From Chrysomallon squamiferum (Eukaryota > Animalia > Mollusca): 64,000 nucleotides of DNA. The stretch covers positions 9,858,001 to 9,922,000 of the forward strand of contig CM022675.1 in assembly GCA_012295275.1 (NCBI GenBank), given 5' to 3'. Both the position numbers and the translations under genes were made by a program. The notes beneath the pieces are model-generated. The model saw only the letters and a list, made by a program, of their open reading frames with translations, was not told where the DNA came from and made no database searches. Below, one piece after another: positions 27,335 through 42,047 of this stretch. How positions within the stretch are numbered: the first letter of the stretch is position 1; every line of letters begins with the position of its first letter.

Positions 27335-28090
27335 TCTTTGTCAGGAAAAGGGTTAATTCAGACAGTAGATAGTATATTTTGGTGCATGATTTTGTTTGAT
27401 ATACTCCTGACAGAAATAAGGCTGATTTATAAAGTGTTAATCATAGAATATTCTTGAGTGATAAGGGTTATACTGTATTAAAGGTGGTTCTGAATGCTTT
27501 TTCGGATCCAGTGTTGACTGAAAAAGGGTTAATTCATACAGTAAATTGTATATTTTGGTGCATAATTTGATTTGATATATAAATTGATAGAAACAGAGTT
27601 AATTTTTATATAGTGTGTATAGAATATTTTTTGAGAGATAAGGGTTAATTTATATACTATATTAAATGCAGTTCATGTTCTGATTATTTTCGGATCTAGC
27701 CTGACTTATAAAGGGTTAATTCATCCTGTAGGTAGTATATTTGGTGCATAATTTTATTCCATCCATTACTGACAATACAGAGTTAATTTATAAAGAGTTC
27801 TTAATATGTTGTTGAGAGATAAGGGTTAATTTATAGAATATGTTGACTGAGAAATGTATTTGACTGAGAAAAGTGTTAAGTCATATTTTGTATATTTTGG
27901 TATGTAATTTTATTTGATATACTGTTGACAGAAAGAGGATTAATTTGTATATTTAATGCAATCTACTGATCTCATACAGCAGGATAGAGTTGACCTGAAA
28001 AGGGTTAATTTATACTGCAGTAGAAAAACAGTTTATTAAAGAAATTTAGTGTCTGAAGCATTCTTGACAGAAAAAGGGTTAATCATGCAC
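27335..28090. repeat. Degenerate higher-order repeat (~160-190-bp unit of three subunits, each with (A)GGGTTAATT)
   Basis: AAAGGGTTAATTCA...TATATTTTGGTGCAT recurs near 27346, 27522, 27710 and 27869; TTGAG(A/T)GATAAGGGTTA recurs near 27454, 27631 and 27812. Confidence 0.8.
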
Positions 28091-28150
28091 TGTACTGAAT
28101 ATGGGTATTTTCTGTGTGTATCAGAGATAATGTATCTATATCTAGCTATG

Positions 28151-28190
<40 letters not shown>

Positions 28191-28484
28191 AATCAATCAA
28201 TGAATCTATCTATCTATCTATCTATCCAGTAAATAAATTCAGTCTCTTTCTGCCTTCTGTATATATCATGCCATATACCTACAGATTGATACCTATTGAA
28301 TCGCACACATGCAAACACAAACATATATGCATACACATTCACAAACACACAGGCAAACTGATACACATACATATGCATGCACATGCATACTACACACACA
28401 TGTGCACTCATGCACACACACATTTATAAATTAACACTTATTTTTTCTTTCTTTCATTGAAATCAGTTAATATTTAAAGATATT

Positions 28485-28586
28485 CATCCATCCATCAATC
28501 CATCCATCCATCCATCCATCCATCCATCCATCCATCCATCCTTCCATCCATCCATCCATCCTTCCATCCATCCATCCATCCATCCA
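28485..28586. repeat. (ATCC)n microsatellite
   Basis: Directly visible; opposite-strand (GGAT)n tracts near 6948-6976 and 59984-60165. Confidence 0.97.
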
Positions 28587-29212
28587 AACTTAACATGTAT
28601 ACATCCTTCAGTGCAACAAAAAGTCAGGTAAGACTTAGAGACGTGTTTCTTTCAGGTGAGGAAAAATGGGGGGTTAAATACCCTTCCCTCCCCCCACCCT
28701 GTTTGAAATTAATATCTTGTTCACCTTTTCATCAAGGTTTGTTTTACAACAAATTTTCTACCTGACTTTCAGACAAGACTCTGGCATCTGAAATTTATGA
28801 CTGCTGAATTGAAATGCAGGCCACATCAAATGTATATTTTTCATATATCTAGGTGGGTGGGTGTGTGGGTAAGTTTGTCTGAAAATTGTGTTTTGTGGAA
28901 ACAGAAATCTGTAAGGGTGTAAGAGTGTAAACAAATAAATAAATAAATAAATAAATAATTTAAAAATAATAATCAAAATAATAATAATAATAATAATAAT
29001 AAACAATAATAACAATAATCAAAACAAATAATAATACTAATAATTATAAACTAGTAATAACAATAATAATCATAAGCAATAATAACAATAATAAAAAATA
29101 AATTAATAATAATAATAATAAAAATAAACTACTACTACTAATAATAATAATAAACAATAATAAGAAATAAATTAATAATAATAATAATAACAATAATAAA
29201 CAATTAATAATC

Positions 29213-29250
<38 letters not shown>

Positions 29251-29357
29251 TTAAAAAAAACAAAAAAAAACCAGCACTAACAAACCATCTCTTTTGGATC
29301 TCTGGATCCTCCCTTACCTAACCCAATAAATAAACCAAACATCAGACGTGCTGTAGA

Positions 29358-29407
29358 CACTGATGTTTTTCTTTTGTTTGTCTTCACTGTTTTATCACCA
29401 GGTAAGT
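29358..29407 (+). other. Candidate recursive splice site (zero-length exon)
   Basis: CACTGAT, then an AG-free pyrimidine-rich tract, then CAG|GTAAGT (AG 29400-01). Confidence 0.45.
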
Positions 29408-29678
29408 AAACATGATGCTGATGTATCAGTCTGGGGTGGCTGTCTACCCCAGGGATGTGTTTATCTACCCCTGCTGAGGTGTTAGATATGTCTGATGTTG
29501 TAGTGTCTGTAGTGTTTACGTCAGACTGGTGTGTTTGTGTGTGTAGAGAGTAGTGTAGACATTTGACTGCTGTGTCTGTCTCTGTACAAGCTACATTTTG
29601 ATGAAATTAATGGGATTTGTGGAGGTATGTGTATGTATAAGAATATATATATATATATACAGAAATGTTTCCATGTGG

Positions 29679-29725
<47 letters not shown>

Positions 29726-29992
29726 TGGATGTGTGTATAGGTATGTGGGTATGAGAGAAAGAGAGAGAGAAAGAGAGAGATAGCTAGGAAAAAGAGAAAG
29801 TTTAGATAAAGAGTTAAAGGAAGCAGAAAGATAGACTGAGAGAGAATGAAGCATAGAAACAGAAATACTGGCATCATGTATGTATATATAAAGGTGGAAG
29901 GATAGAAATCCAAATATGTGGTATCATGTATGTATATATAAATGTGTGTGGATGTATTTATCCATGTATGTATGTGTATGTATGTATGTATG

Positions 29993-30025
<33 letters not shown>

Positions 30026-30159
30026 TGCATGCATGTGTATGTGTATATATGTGAAAATAAGTATATATGTACATATATATGTGTCTAAGTTCATATATTT
30101 GTATTTATGCAAGTATATATTTTGTGCATATACACACAGCAAATAAAATCTCTATCTGT

Positions 30160-30420
30160 TTAACTAGCAGAAGTGAGATTTGAACCTCTGACCTATCACA
30201 TACAGAAGACTTGTAGCTAAAGATTACTGCAGCAAAGCAAATATCTCTACACACACCAAGCAAACATGAGATTTGAACCAGTAACCTTGTACACACAGAC
30301 ACCGATTTTATCACAGAAAGACAAACCTCTATGTATATAACCAGCAGATGTGGGATTTGAACCAGAGACCTCTAGATTACTAACACGCTGTAACGAAACT
30401 CCTATGTATATAACTTGTGG
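30160..30420 (-). mobile_element. Three tandem decayed tRNA/SINE-head-like units (~85-93 bp)
   Basis: GATTTGAACC (reverse complement of B-box GGTTCAAATC) at 30177, 30270 and 30354 with similar flanks; no intact cloverleaf. Confidence 0.5.
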
Positions 30421-30907
30421 GTGTGTTCTCTCTGCAAATAGCCCACTCCACTTAGTTCCATTTAGTGTGTGTGTTAATAAGAAGAATATTTATTTGTTCA
30501 GTGATCCTACGTTATTGTTGGTATCATCTTTTCTTGTACAGCTGTGAGTAGCCAAGTGAGCACTTAGAGAGCAACTCACAGCACTGCCAAGACTGGAATA
30601 TATACACACACAGACACACACACATACACACACACGTATAAAAATATATACATAAATATATACACACACATACGCACACACATATATACAGAAGGTGACA
30701 AATGTATATAGACAGAAAATGATACACACACACACACACACACACATATATAAATATATACATAAATATATAAACACATACATACACACATATATACAGA
30801 AGGTGACAAATATATACAGACAGAGAAAATGATAGGGAAAGATAAACTAGGGTGAACAAATGAAAGATTGAAAGTACAGGAGGAAATGGAGAAAGGAATG
30901 AAGGAGA

Positions 30908-31019
<112 letters not shown>

Positions 31020-32325
31020 TGTAGAAAGAAAGAAGGAAGGAAGTACACTCACTTGTACTACTCAGGCACATATAAACACACATTAATAAATTCACTTCCA
31101 TGCAAAACAAGCCTACTTCAATTACAAGTACATAAGCAACTTCAGAAGAATTTTTATTCACTTAACATAAGAAGATGAACACGTACCCACAAACACACAC
31201 AAATAATAATAATAATAATACTACTACTACTACTACTACTACTAATAATAATAATAATAACAGAGGTTTCTTCTTTTTTTTTTTTTTTTTTTTTTTTTTC
31301 ATATTTATCTAATCTTCAGTAGGTAAATAATTTTGATATCTCACATGTTGTTGTTAAACAAACTCATCTTAATAGTCTTAAACAAACAGCCTCTTGTATT
31401 TTTTTTTTTTTTATTTTTTTTTATCACATATCAGTAATTGCCATCACATACAGCTAATCAAATACTTGACATTAAATTGCCTTTCTTATTCAGTCAAGGC
31501 CAAAAGTCTTTTTTTCAAAAGAGAAATAATGAAGATTTTGAAAATAAAAGATTAAAAATTTTAAAGAAAAATGTTAGATATAAGAATAAGTAATAAAGAC
31601 TTCTTATTTGTATTAAAAAATTAAAGATAATAGTAATAAATAATTAAGAAAAAAGTAAAAAATGTTTTAAAAATTTAAAAAGATTATTTACAAAGTAAAA
31701 TATATAATAAAAACATTGTCATTGTAAACAAGTTATTTTTCTTGTGTTTCTTTTTATCTTTTTCATTTTTAAATAAATAAAGAAAGAATGAAAAAAGCAA
31801 GAAAAATAGAAGGAAAAAGCAAATAAATAAATAAATAAAAATCTTAATTGCAGGAAACATTTGCAATAAATCTTGAAAGAAGTTTAACACAATCTTGGCA
31901 CTAGTTTTGTTTTATGTTTCTGCACTTAGTAACTCACATACTAAACTAAGGGATGTTTACGTTCTAGTGTTTGATTTCCCATTCCAAACACAGCTCTGAA
32001 ATTGATATAACACTGGTGTGTAAAATATTAGTTTAGAACAAATTATAAGTAAAAATTGATTATTATGTGTTTCTGTGTATATGAATGTGAATGTATGTGT
32101 GTATGTATCTACATAGTTATATATGTATGTATGCATTTAGGAATGAATATTCTGTTGTACAACTGATTAGAAAACACAGAGACAATATTTGTGAATGCAC
32201 TGACATAAAAGGACAGAGTTGAATCATGACTCACAAACCCGTCAGATGCTGCCGATGTGCATGAATGAACACATAAATGTGTATGCATGTATGTATATAT
32301 ATATACATATATATATATATATACA

Positions 32326-32356
<31 letters not shown>

Positions 32357-32802
32357 GAGTAATGTTTGAATGTGTTTATCAATGTACATATGTATACAAA
32401 TTATGTACAAAGGTATGTATGCATGCATGCAATATATTTATACACAGACAATAAAATTGTTCATTATGTTCTATAAATGATTTAAATCTTACATACACCT
32501 GAATATATACACCTATGTCAGACACACCCTTAGAAACTAACAACAAAACACAGGTGATTCACCAGATGGTAATCTCTTAATCCTTAATCCATTCAAAATC
32601 AGATTATCTTCTGTTTAATAGTCACTTGTCACATTTGTAAAGTCACATGACAGATGAAGCAAAAACCGCTTCGTTCATGCTAAGTAGCTTTTCATGCAAT
32701 TTTTGTTTTTTTTCAAATCCTTTTTCATTCACAGCATGGATTCTAACTTTCTAAGTTCTGTCATTGTATGGAGGTAATGGGTGAGTGGGTGGGTTGGATG
32801 TG

Positions 32803-32860
32803 CTTGGTTAATGGTTAAAGCTCTGGTATGAGGCACAATAAGTCCCAGGATCAAAACCAT
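32803..32860 (+). mobile_element. Solo decayed tRNA/SINE-head-like fragment
   Basis: TGGTTAATGGTTAAAGC ... GTCCCAGGATCAAAACC with tRNA-like A-box/B-box spacing. Confidence 0.35.
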
Positions 32861-33741
32861 CCAACAAACAGAAATAAAACACTCGACACTTTTAAAAAGA
32901 AAGAAAAATTTGAAAAAAAAAAAAAAAAAAAAAAAAAAGAAACTCAACACACTAAAACAAAAGAAAAAGACCACCAGCAACAACAAAAAAGAAACCAGCA
33001 TTTTCAAAGTATGAAAGCGTAAAATACTTTCTCATCTACACCTTCTTTGGTTTCAAAGAAACAAATACATTGATGTATGACAAAGCATTTTTACCTGTAA
33101 GTACAAATAGACATGCATTTAATCTGCAGATACAGACAGGTGTATGACCTACTGAGGTACACAGATGCACCAGTACTGTTCATTCAGGTAGGTAAAAGAA
33201 AAAAAAAACAACAATTAATTAAGATCTGAATGACTTTACGTTTTGAAGATATAAGTTACCTGATCCAGTTCAAGTTTTAATTTCATTAGAACAAAATAAT
33301 GATGATGAAGATGATGATGATGATGATGATGATGATAAATAATCAATTTTTTCTTCTCTCTTTATATATGTTTAAATAATAATAACAATTATATATATAT
33401 ATATTTCCAACTGTATGTAAATAGGTGTGTGAACATATTAAATTTCGGATATTTAATTAAGATAATTAATGGGTAATATTCAGATAAAAGGTCTCACTAT
33501 CTTTCATGTAACACACTTGTTTACAATGTTTAATTTGTTAGAACAATGTGGTACACTGTAGTGTTATTTTTGTCTCTTTTCTTTTTTTCTCTCTCCCTTT
33601 TTTAAAATTGCAGTGTATTTTTATGGGTTACTTTTGTTCTTTTTCATATACACTGACATAAAAATATACAAATATTGATAAATACATACATACATACATA
33701 CATATAGACACATGGATTAACATATATACATACATACATAC

Positions 33742-33785
<44 letters not shown>

Positions 33786-34176
33786 ATACACATATAAACA
33801 CACACAAAGTTGGATGGACATACATATATATAAGTACATACATACATATATATGGGTCTTAAATTGGTTAATGCTGAAGATTCTAAAGTGTCACTCTAAC
33901 CATTGTACCTCAGTACATGTCTGATATAGAGAAATATAGAGATCATTATCCACTGAATAAAAGATTATAATACATAAGAAAAAAGAGATTTTGAACATTA
34001 CTGATAACCCACAACTTTTAACACGGTTAACCTGGTTTTCTTATATGTGTCTGTTTGTGTGTCTGTGTTTGTGTGTATGTGTGTGTGTATTTTTGTGTAT
34101 TGTGTGTGTGTGTGTGTGTGTTTGTGTCTATATGTATGAGTAATATGCATGTGTATGTGCATATGTGTGTATGTAC

Positions 34177-34224
<48 letters not shown>

Positions 34225-34746
34225 ATATAAATGTACACACAGATACACACATGCATTCATATGTATATGTGTGTATGTGTGTGTATATATATATATATAT
34301 GTATGTATGTATGTATATATGAATGCGTGTATGTACATATGTATAAATTATAATCCATGCTATTTATAGAAACAAAATCAGGTAATTAGGTAAGTATTTA
34401 CTGACACCATTGGTTTGTAACATTACACCTTTATTCAGATAATCCACCATCACCGCTCACCTGTGTAAAAAGATAGATGATTACTTACCTGTAATAGTAT
34501 CTTTGATCTTAGCTTGATTGCAGGTGTAACACATAGGTGTAAAGAAGCATTGGTCTTTGACCATTGAAACACTAACCTTTAATGATGTTACAGGTATTTG
34601 ATTACAATTGTCATACCTGGCTTTACCTGCAGTCAGTGATTGATATTACCTGTAGTTGTTTTTGTTATGAGAAATTTTGAAAAATGTCATTTGTAAATTG
34701 GTAATTAATGTTTAAAAAAAAAAAAAAAAATTTTTTTTTTTTTTTT

Positions 34747-34813
<67 letters not shown>

Positions 34814-36279
34814 CTGATAGAAAAAGAGAAATAAAAAGAGAGGGAAGAGAGAGGTAAACAAAGAATGACAGAGAAATTGACTGGAATAAATGAATGAATG
34901 AATGAATGAATGAATAATTAAATAAAAATCTTAAACACAGGATCAATTTCCTTCTTTACAGCCACACATTTTACAAAGAGCAGGAATTTATTACTTTTTA
35001 ATTTTAATATTCATTTATATATATATATATTTGTAATCTTTCTACCATCTGTTAATATGCTGATATTACTAATTACTGAATTCTTCATAGTGCATTTGCT
35101 AGATGTATGACTTAATAAGAGGAATGCAATAAAAAAAAAATTATAAAAAAATAAAAAATAAATAAATAGAAATAGAACAAATTTACCTGGGTATTTGCCA
35201 GAATGCTTCAATTAATTTGTCTTTTGCCTTTTTCTTTTTTCTTTTTTTTATCTCCTCAAGATACCATAACTTCATTTTCATTGATCTAATAAAAAAGAAA
35301 AAAAACTTATATTCTGTATTTATTGAATAAATAAAATATATATATATATATATATTCTAAATAATCAAAAACATTTTAGCAAGTAATTTTTATATTCTCA
35401 ATAATGTAAAATCAGTGTTCTGAAATATAATGTGAATAACAAACATTTAAAGTATTGAATAATTTTAAATTTCAGAATAACTGTAGCTTGTATTTTGAAT
35501 AAACTAAAATTTGTAAATAAATAACGCTTATATTTTGAATAAATTCAATCTTCTGAAAATCAAAATATTATAGTTTTAATAAAGTTAGTGAATGAATAAA
35601 GCTAATATTTTTAATAATCCTAACTGATGAATAAATAATAATTATGTTTTTGAATAATTTACACCATCTCAATAGCTAAAGATTGCAATCTGAATAACCA
35701 CAAACATCAGAAAAATCATGTCCAATTGGACTTAAAGTACCTTTCATAACATCAGGTCTTTCATTTTATATAAAATCTTAAAGAAAAAAATATAATTTCC
35801 ACACAACTAACGTGAGAAAGCTGTTGTCAAGGAGACAATGCTATAAGTGTTATTGAAGATTGATCACATGACTTATGACATCACAGACATTAATTTAAGA
35901 TCAGGTTATGTTATTATATTGTAATAAGTGGTGTGAACTTGGATTTATGACATCATAGATGTCAATTACATCACTTCCTCTAACACATTTTTTCATGTCA
36001 AACATTACAATTGTTCGTAGATGTGTTGTATATTTCATTGCAGGTGTAATCAGAAATATTGTTATGTAATAATGTCTTAGGTAAGCCAGGTGTGTGCACA
36101 GACAGACCCACAGACCCACAGACAGACAGACACACAGGTACACAGACACATACACACACATAGAAATATACAGCAATACAGAAATGTGCATACATACACA
36201 AATACATAGAAATACATACATATATACATCCACATGCACATAGGAACAGACATGCACATTACATACTGACATACATATG

Positions 36280-36311
<32 letters not shown>

Positions 36312-36345
36312 CATACATACATACATACATACATACATAAATACA

Positions 36346-36376
<31 letters not shown>

Positions 36377-36824
36377 TCATACATACATACAATCATACAC
36401 ATACACACAGGCACATGTGGAATTTTATTTAGTATCGGTTTTTATTGTATATATGCATTAAGCAATAACAATAAAACAACATTTTAATAAATTTTATTTT
36501 TATAGATACTATACTTAATAACTTTTTATATTCACCCATTTCCTATCATATTTCAAGCACTTTCATCTTATCACAAATATTTGGTGACTTCAAAGGGTGA
36601 TAAAAAAAAAAAAAATGTTTCTTTTAAACATCGTATAAACATCTTAGATAATCTGCTTTAATGTTCTAAGCAGATATTGTTAATCAATATGTCTGTAATC
36701 CCTGAGGTAAATCCCTCCTTCATTTCATACAGCACCACACTGAGATATTAAGTGTTTTACTATCATCTGAATCAGTTTGTTTATATCAGAGAACACACCT
36801 GTGTTACAGTTACAAAGTGTTTCA

Positions 36825-37270
36825 TGTTGGGGTTACTCGGTTCAAACCTTCGTAGAGGAAATATGATAGGACACAAATTGATAGTAATTTTTATGTTGCT
36901 GTGTATAAATTTTGGTTACATTAGATTCTTGTACGTGCATTGCACGGAAATAAAATTTTGTTGTTTGGGTTAGTGGGTTCAAAAAATCAGAGTGGAAATG
37001 TGATATAATGGAAAGACAAAACTTTGATGGTAAATTTTTATCTTGCTGTATATAAATTTGGTTACATTAGATTCTTGTATGTGTATTACAGGGATACAAC
37101 ATTTTCCCTAATGGGGTTAGTGGGTTCAATCCATCGTAGTGGAAATATGATATGATGGAAAGAGAAAACGTTCTGTATATAAATTTTGTTAAGTTAGATT
37201 CTTACATATGTACTGCATGTGTACAAATATGATAGGATGGAAAGGCAAATCATTGATGGTACTTTTTGCA
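36825..37270 (+). repeat. ~140-bp tandem repeat, 3 units plus a partial, each beginning with a B-box-like GGTTCAA
   Basis: GGGTTA(G/C)T(G/C)GGTTCAA with GGTTC at 36839, 36976 and 37123; shared GGAAAT(A/G)TGATA and TATAAATTTGGTTACATTAGATTCTTGTA. Confidence 0.8.
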
Positions 37271-39903
37271 TTGTTGTGTGATAGAATTGTTTAATTAAAA
37301 TGTTGTGTTTGTAATGTTTGAAAACTAAATTTTTGTTGTAGAAGTTAATGGCTTATGAAGGGAATAAGCTGATAGTGCTTAAAAGTAAATATTTAGGAAA
37401 TAAATTAACAAAAAAAAATAAGGAAGGAAGACAAAAAGATATTCCAAAGATATAAAGAAAATTTATTTTATAAAACTCCTTAAATGTATGAATATAGAAA
37501 GTTAGAACAAAAGAATATACAGAAAGAAACAAAGAAAGAAAGACTTATAGAAAAATAACAAAATAGAAAAAGGTTGAAAGAAAGAAAAAAATTAAATATA
37601 GAAATAAAAAAATAAAGAAAAAAGAAAAGAAACCATTTGAAAATTAAAGGTAAGAAATCACATTAACTTTCTCTGATCTAATTGTTTACCTATGTACTCA
37701 TAAAAAACAAAGAAAATATCAGGGAAAAAAAAAAAAAAAATAACAAAATAAATAAATAGATAATAATAACAAAATAAATAAATAGATAATAATAAAAAAG
37801 AAGCAGCAACATGTAAAGGTAAACAGTTTCATTATTTTTCTGTTTTAAGATGATTTACAAAAACCCCTGAGGTATATAATTACGAAGAGTAAGAAAGAAA
37901 GTTAAGCCATTTCATTAACTTTAACAGTTCAGATAATTTGCAAAAATCACCACAGGTGTACAATCATACAGGTATGCAGTCACTGACACCTTTTGTTTTC
38001 TGAAATTCCTTTCTTTTCAAGAAATTGCATCACAGGTAATTCTGCAGCCACCTTTCTTTTTTTTTTTTTTTTTTTTTTTTCTCTCTCTCTCTCTCTCATT
38101 CTTTTTCTTTAATTTCACCAGTATAATTATCTCTGTAAAAGGTATTTCTGTTGTGATTTCCTCCCTCCCTCCCTATCTAACCCACCACTCTTTTCTCTTT
38201 TAAACTCTTAAAATACTTTTTTAATCTCGTTTCTTCCAATCTGAGTTCATCTCACTTCATCTGTCTTTTATTTACCTTTCATAAAGGTGAGCATGAAAAA
38301 GAGACAGGTATTCTCACACCTTTAACGAGATCGCCAAGGGGAACAGGGGCAGATAATTACCCTGACAGAACGAGATTGTGAGTGACTTGCTTTGTTACGG
38401 AGGCTTCTTTCGCTTTTGGTTGCATCACAGGCACAGTGGCAACTGACAGTGTGTTGTTGTAGTCGATGCTATCTCAAAGGACGACATACATAATGATGAC
38501 AGCAGTTTACATAATGCTGATAGTATCATTGGCTACCCTTGGTGTAAGAAGTAATTACACCAACAAATTGTGTTGGTCTCCCATGGGTGTTTTCATGTAC
38601 TTATCTTCTTTCTTATCAAATGTTGCAACACTGTCTAAATCAGTTACCTGCCTATTCTGGGCAACCTGTATAGAGTAAAGAAGTAAGTGTTTTAACAAAC
38701 AGAATGCTCTTTCGTGGGTTTAATAATTTTTTTCTATTTCAAATCAAACCTTCTAAAGCTGTATAAAGAAAGTGTATAACAAGAAGTCACAGATTTAGCT
38801 AACTGTTCTGGTCTTTTATGGTTGTTGATAAATTCTTTTCTCTTTCATAACAAAACTGTATAAAGCAGTTACCTGTATTTTATAGACACCCAGTATATAG
38901 AAACAAAATAAGTTATAAAACTCTATATGTCAGCCACCTGCCCTTTCTGGGCAATTCTATATTCTAAATAACAAAACGTATTAAAATGAACATAAATTTT
39001 ATAAAAATGTAAATGCAGAGTATCAAAAATAACTCAAATTATTCAAAAAATAACACAAAGTATTAAAAATAACACAATTATCTTAAAAATAATTCAAAGT
39101 ATTAAAACCAAAACCAAAGGGTTTTTCAAATAAAAACAAAGTTTATTAAATGAAACTCCAACTTTTCCAATCACAAAAACTATATATAATCAACACAAAT
39201 TTTCATAAGACCTAAAGAAAACACAAAATGTACTTAAACCTAAAACAAACACAAATTTTATTAAAATCTTAAACAAACACTAATTTTACCCACACAATCT
39301 TTACCAAAATCAAAAACAAACAGTACCAAACTAAAACAAAAAACCACCTGAAAGCAATTTTCATAAACCTAAAATCAAGTATGTTTGATTTTCTTCTTTT
39401 TTCTCAAAGTACTTTCACAACTTTCTTTTGTAAGTACACACAAAAGTTACCAAAAGGAAGATGAGTTTCGACAAGGGTCTCACACCAGTGTTTGTAAATG
39501 CCACAAACGTGTGTGATTATTAGAGCCCAAGTCTTATTCCACTTGTTTAGAAAACACTCAAATGGAGGGGAAAATCTACTTAGTCCGGTACTTCAATTAA
39601 ATGAAATTTCATGTGAAATTAATTTTACCTCAAGTATGATGCGATTGATTGGGTTCGACAGAATGGAGGGTTTGAGGAGACAGGGGGGGAGATCCAGCAA
39701 AGTGGGCAGCAGTGTTTGCCTGTCAGAATGGTTTACTGTCATTTGTGAGGTCTAAACAGTGTTCTCCATGTTTGTGATCAATTGATGGTCATGTCTGTGT
39801 GTGAAAATGTTTACGAAAGGTAAACAAGTGTTTGTCAGCACTTGGGGACATGTGAAAATGTTTATTTTCAAGTCTAAGCTGTTGTTTGGTGCTTGTGGAA
39901 GAT

Positions 39904-40015
<112 letters not shown>

Positions 40016-41154
40016 GAGTGTGTATCTCTGTGTATGTGTGTTTGTGAGAATGAAAGAAACAGAAAGAGAGACAGATAGACAAACAAAAATAAATAGCAGA
40101 GAGAGAAAATACAGAAAGAGAATAAAGAGAGAGAGAGAAAAACTGCCATCATAGACAGATGTAGATAAACTCCTACCTACACCTTTTACATTTTTTTGAT
40201 TTTTTAGATATATTTTTCATTCTACCTACACCCATTTTTTGATTTTAGATATATTTTTATTCTCCCACTTTTCAAACTTACCTAATTTTTTTCTAACCCC
40301 CCAACTTTTTCACTTCTCTGATTTTTCATTATTTTTCCACCACCTTTTAACCTCAGCTGACTTTTCTTCTTATTTATATTCTAATGGCCTCAAACCGACA
40401 TTTTCCATTCAAAGATCAACGACAAACATAAAGCGATTACCGAAAATGATGCGATTGTCGAAACGATTAAAAACACAACACATTTAACCCGATTTCATAA
40501 ACATTTCTAGTCTTTGCAAGGTAACACTGTTAATTTAAGGTATTTAAGGTATTGTTCTCAGATTGGTAAACAGGTAGATTAACGAGCTGTTTTGAAGAAA
40601 GGAAAAAAAAAAAAAAAAAAATCTTAAAGAATAAATAACAAAAATACTTTGTGAAAATATTGATCCTTTTTTTTTTTTTTCCATAGAATGTTTTTAGGCA
40701 GGATTTGGTTTTGTGGTCAAATTTGCCTCAGGAAAGATTTGAGGCTTTATGAAAAAAAAAAAAAAAAAAAAGAAATTCATTAGAGTTGACCTGCAAGGTC
40801 AGGTCAGATGGGGTCAGGTCAAGCATAATGTATTAAAGTGCTTATATTTCATAAGTCTCATATATTTTTGGGGAAAGATTTTATTTTATTTTATTTTTAT
40901 TTTATTATTTTTTTTTTCTTCAGTTTTTCTTGTTATTCATTTTTAAATTTTAATGTATTTTTACTAATTACAAATGGAATTTATTTAATATGTACCATGA
41001 TCTAAAACAAAAGTGTAATATGACAACCTTTGACATAAAGCCAGAAATCGAGCAGTAGTTGGATTGTGAAAAAGACCACAGCGTTCACCAGAGATATTTG
41101 ATGCTACTGTCTGTTATTGCCACAAGTTCTAAAATCTTCAGCCAGAGAGTTTTA

Positions 41155-41258
41155 AGGTACAGAAATGTTTAAGTATGCCTGTCACGGTCACTACACTAGA
41201 AAATTCTAAGACAGAGAAATATTTAAGTATGCCTTTCATGGTCACTGTACTAGAAACT
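41155..41258. repeat. ~54-bp direct duplication
   Basis: AGAAAT(G/A)TTTAAGTATGCCT(G/T)TCA(C/T)GGTCACT..ACTAGAAA x2. Confidence 0.8.
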
Positions 41259-41934
41259 TCCGTCCAAAGTCAAGGCTGTCACTGCATTTAAGTGCATGTT
41301 ACTGTGAGTCTAAGGTTACACATTTCCAGGTAGATACAGGTTTTGTCAGCAGCATTCAACAATGGCCGAGTTATATTTAAACAGCACTTTTGATAAATAA
41401 TTGTCTGATCTGAGAGTCGCTTCATTCATCACTGAGATAATTACAGACAGAAGCAATTGAGGTGTATAACTGAGAGGGACCCAAGTCGATTCATCACGGT
41501 AAATAATGATACACCTCTCTACACAGGCTGGGGATTAAGTGAGTAAGATTCTTAATTGTCTCTGCTGAGTAATGATGCTCTCTGTGAGTATTGTTATTAT
41601 GTAAGTAAGATTATAAGATACAAAAAAAAAAAAAAAAAAAAAAAAAAAAGAAGAAATCTCAGCAGGAGATATTGGGTGAATTGATTTGTTGATTTGATTC
41701 TCTCCCGCGGATTGGATCAGTTCATTAATAAACATGATGGCAGCCGAGTCTGATTGATGAAGTGTTGTTTTGTCTGTCTTCTGTGTCATCAAGTGTATTT
41801 CTTCTCTCTCTCTCTCTCTCTTTCTCTCCTGCTAACTTTCTTTCTCTCTCTCTTTCTTATTCTCTCTGTCTCCATTTCTTTCTCTATATATGTCTCTTTC
41901 TTTCTTTATTTCTTTCTCTTTATATTACTCTATA

Positions 41935-42047
<113 letters not shown>

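Noticed and set aside
30160-30420. Functional tRNA genes (third unit faintly resembles a tRNA-Thr(AGT) 3' half)
   Set aside because: T-arm, anticodon and acceptor stems do not pair; at most a SINE or pseudogene remnant.
38539-38577. Two overlapping small hairpins (TTGGTGTAA/TTACACCAA and ACCAACA/TGTTGGT)
   Set aside because: 7-9-bp stems are expected by chance in 64 kb; too short for a pre-miRNA.
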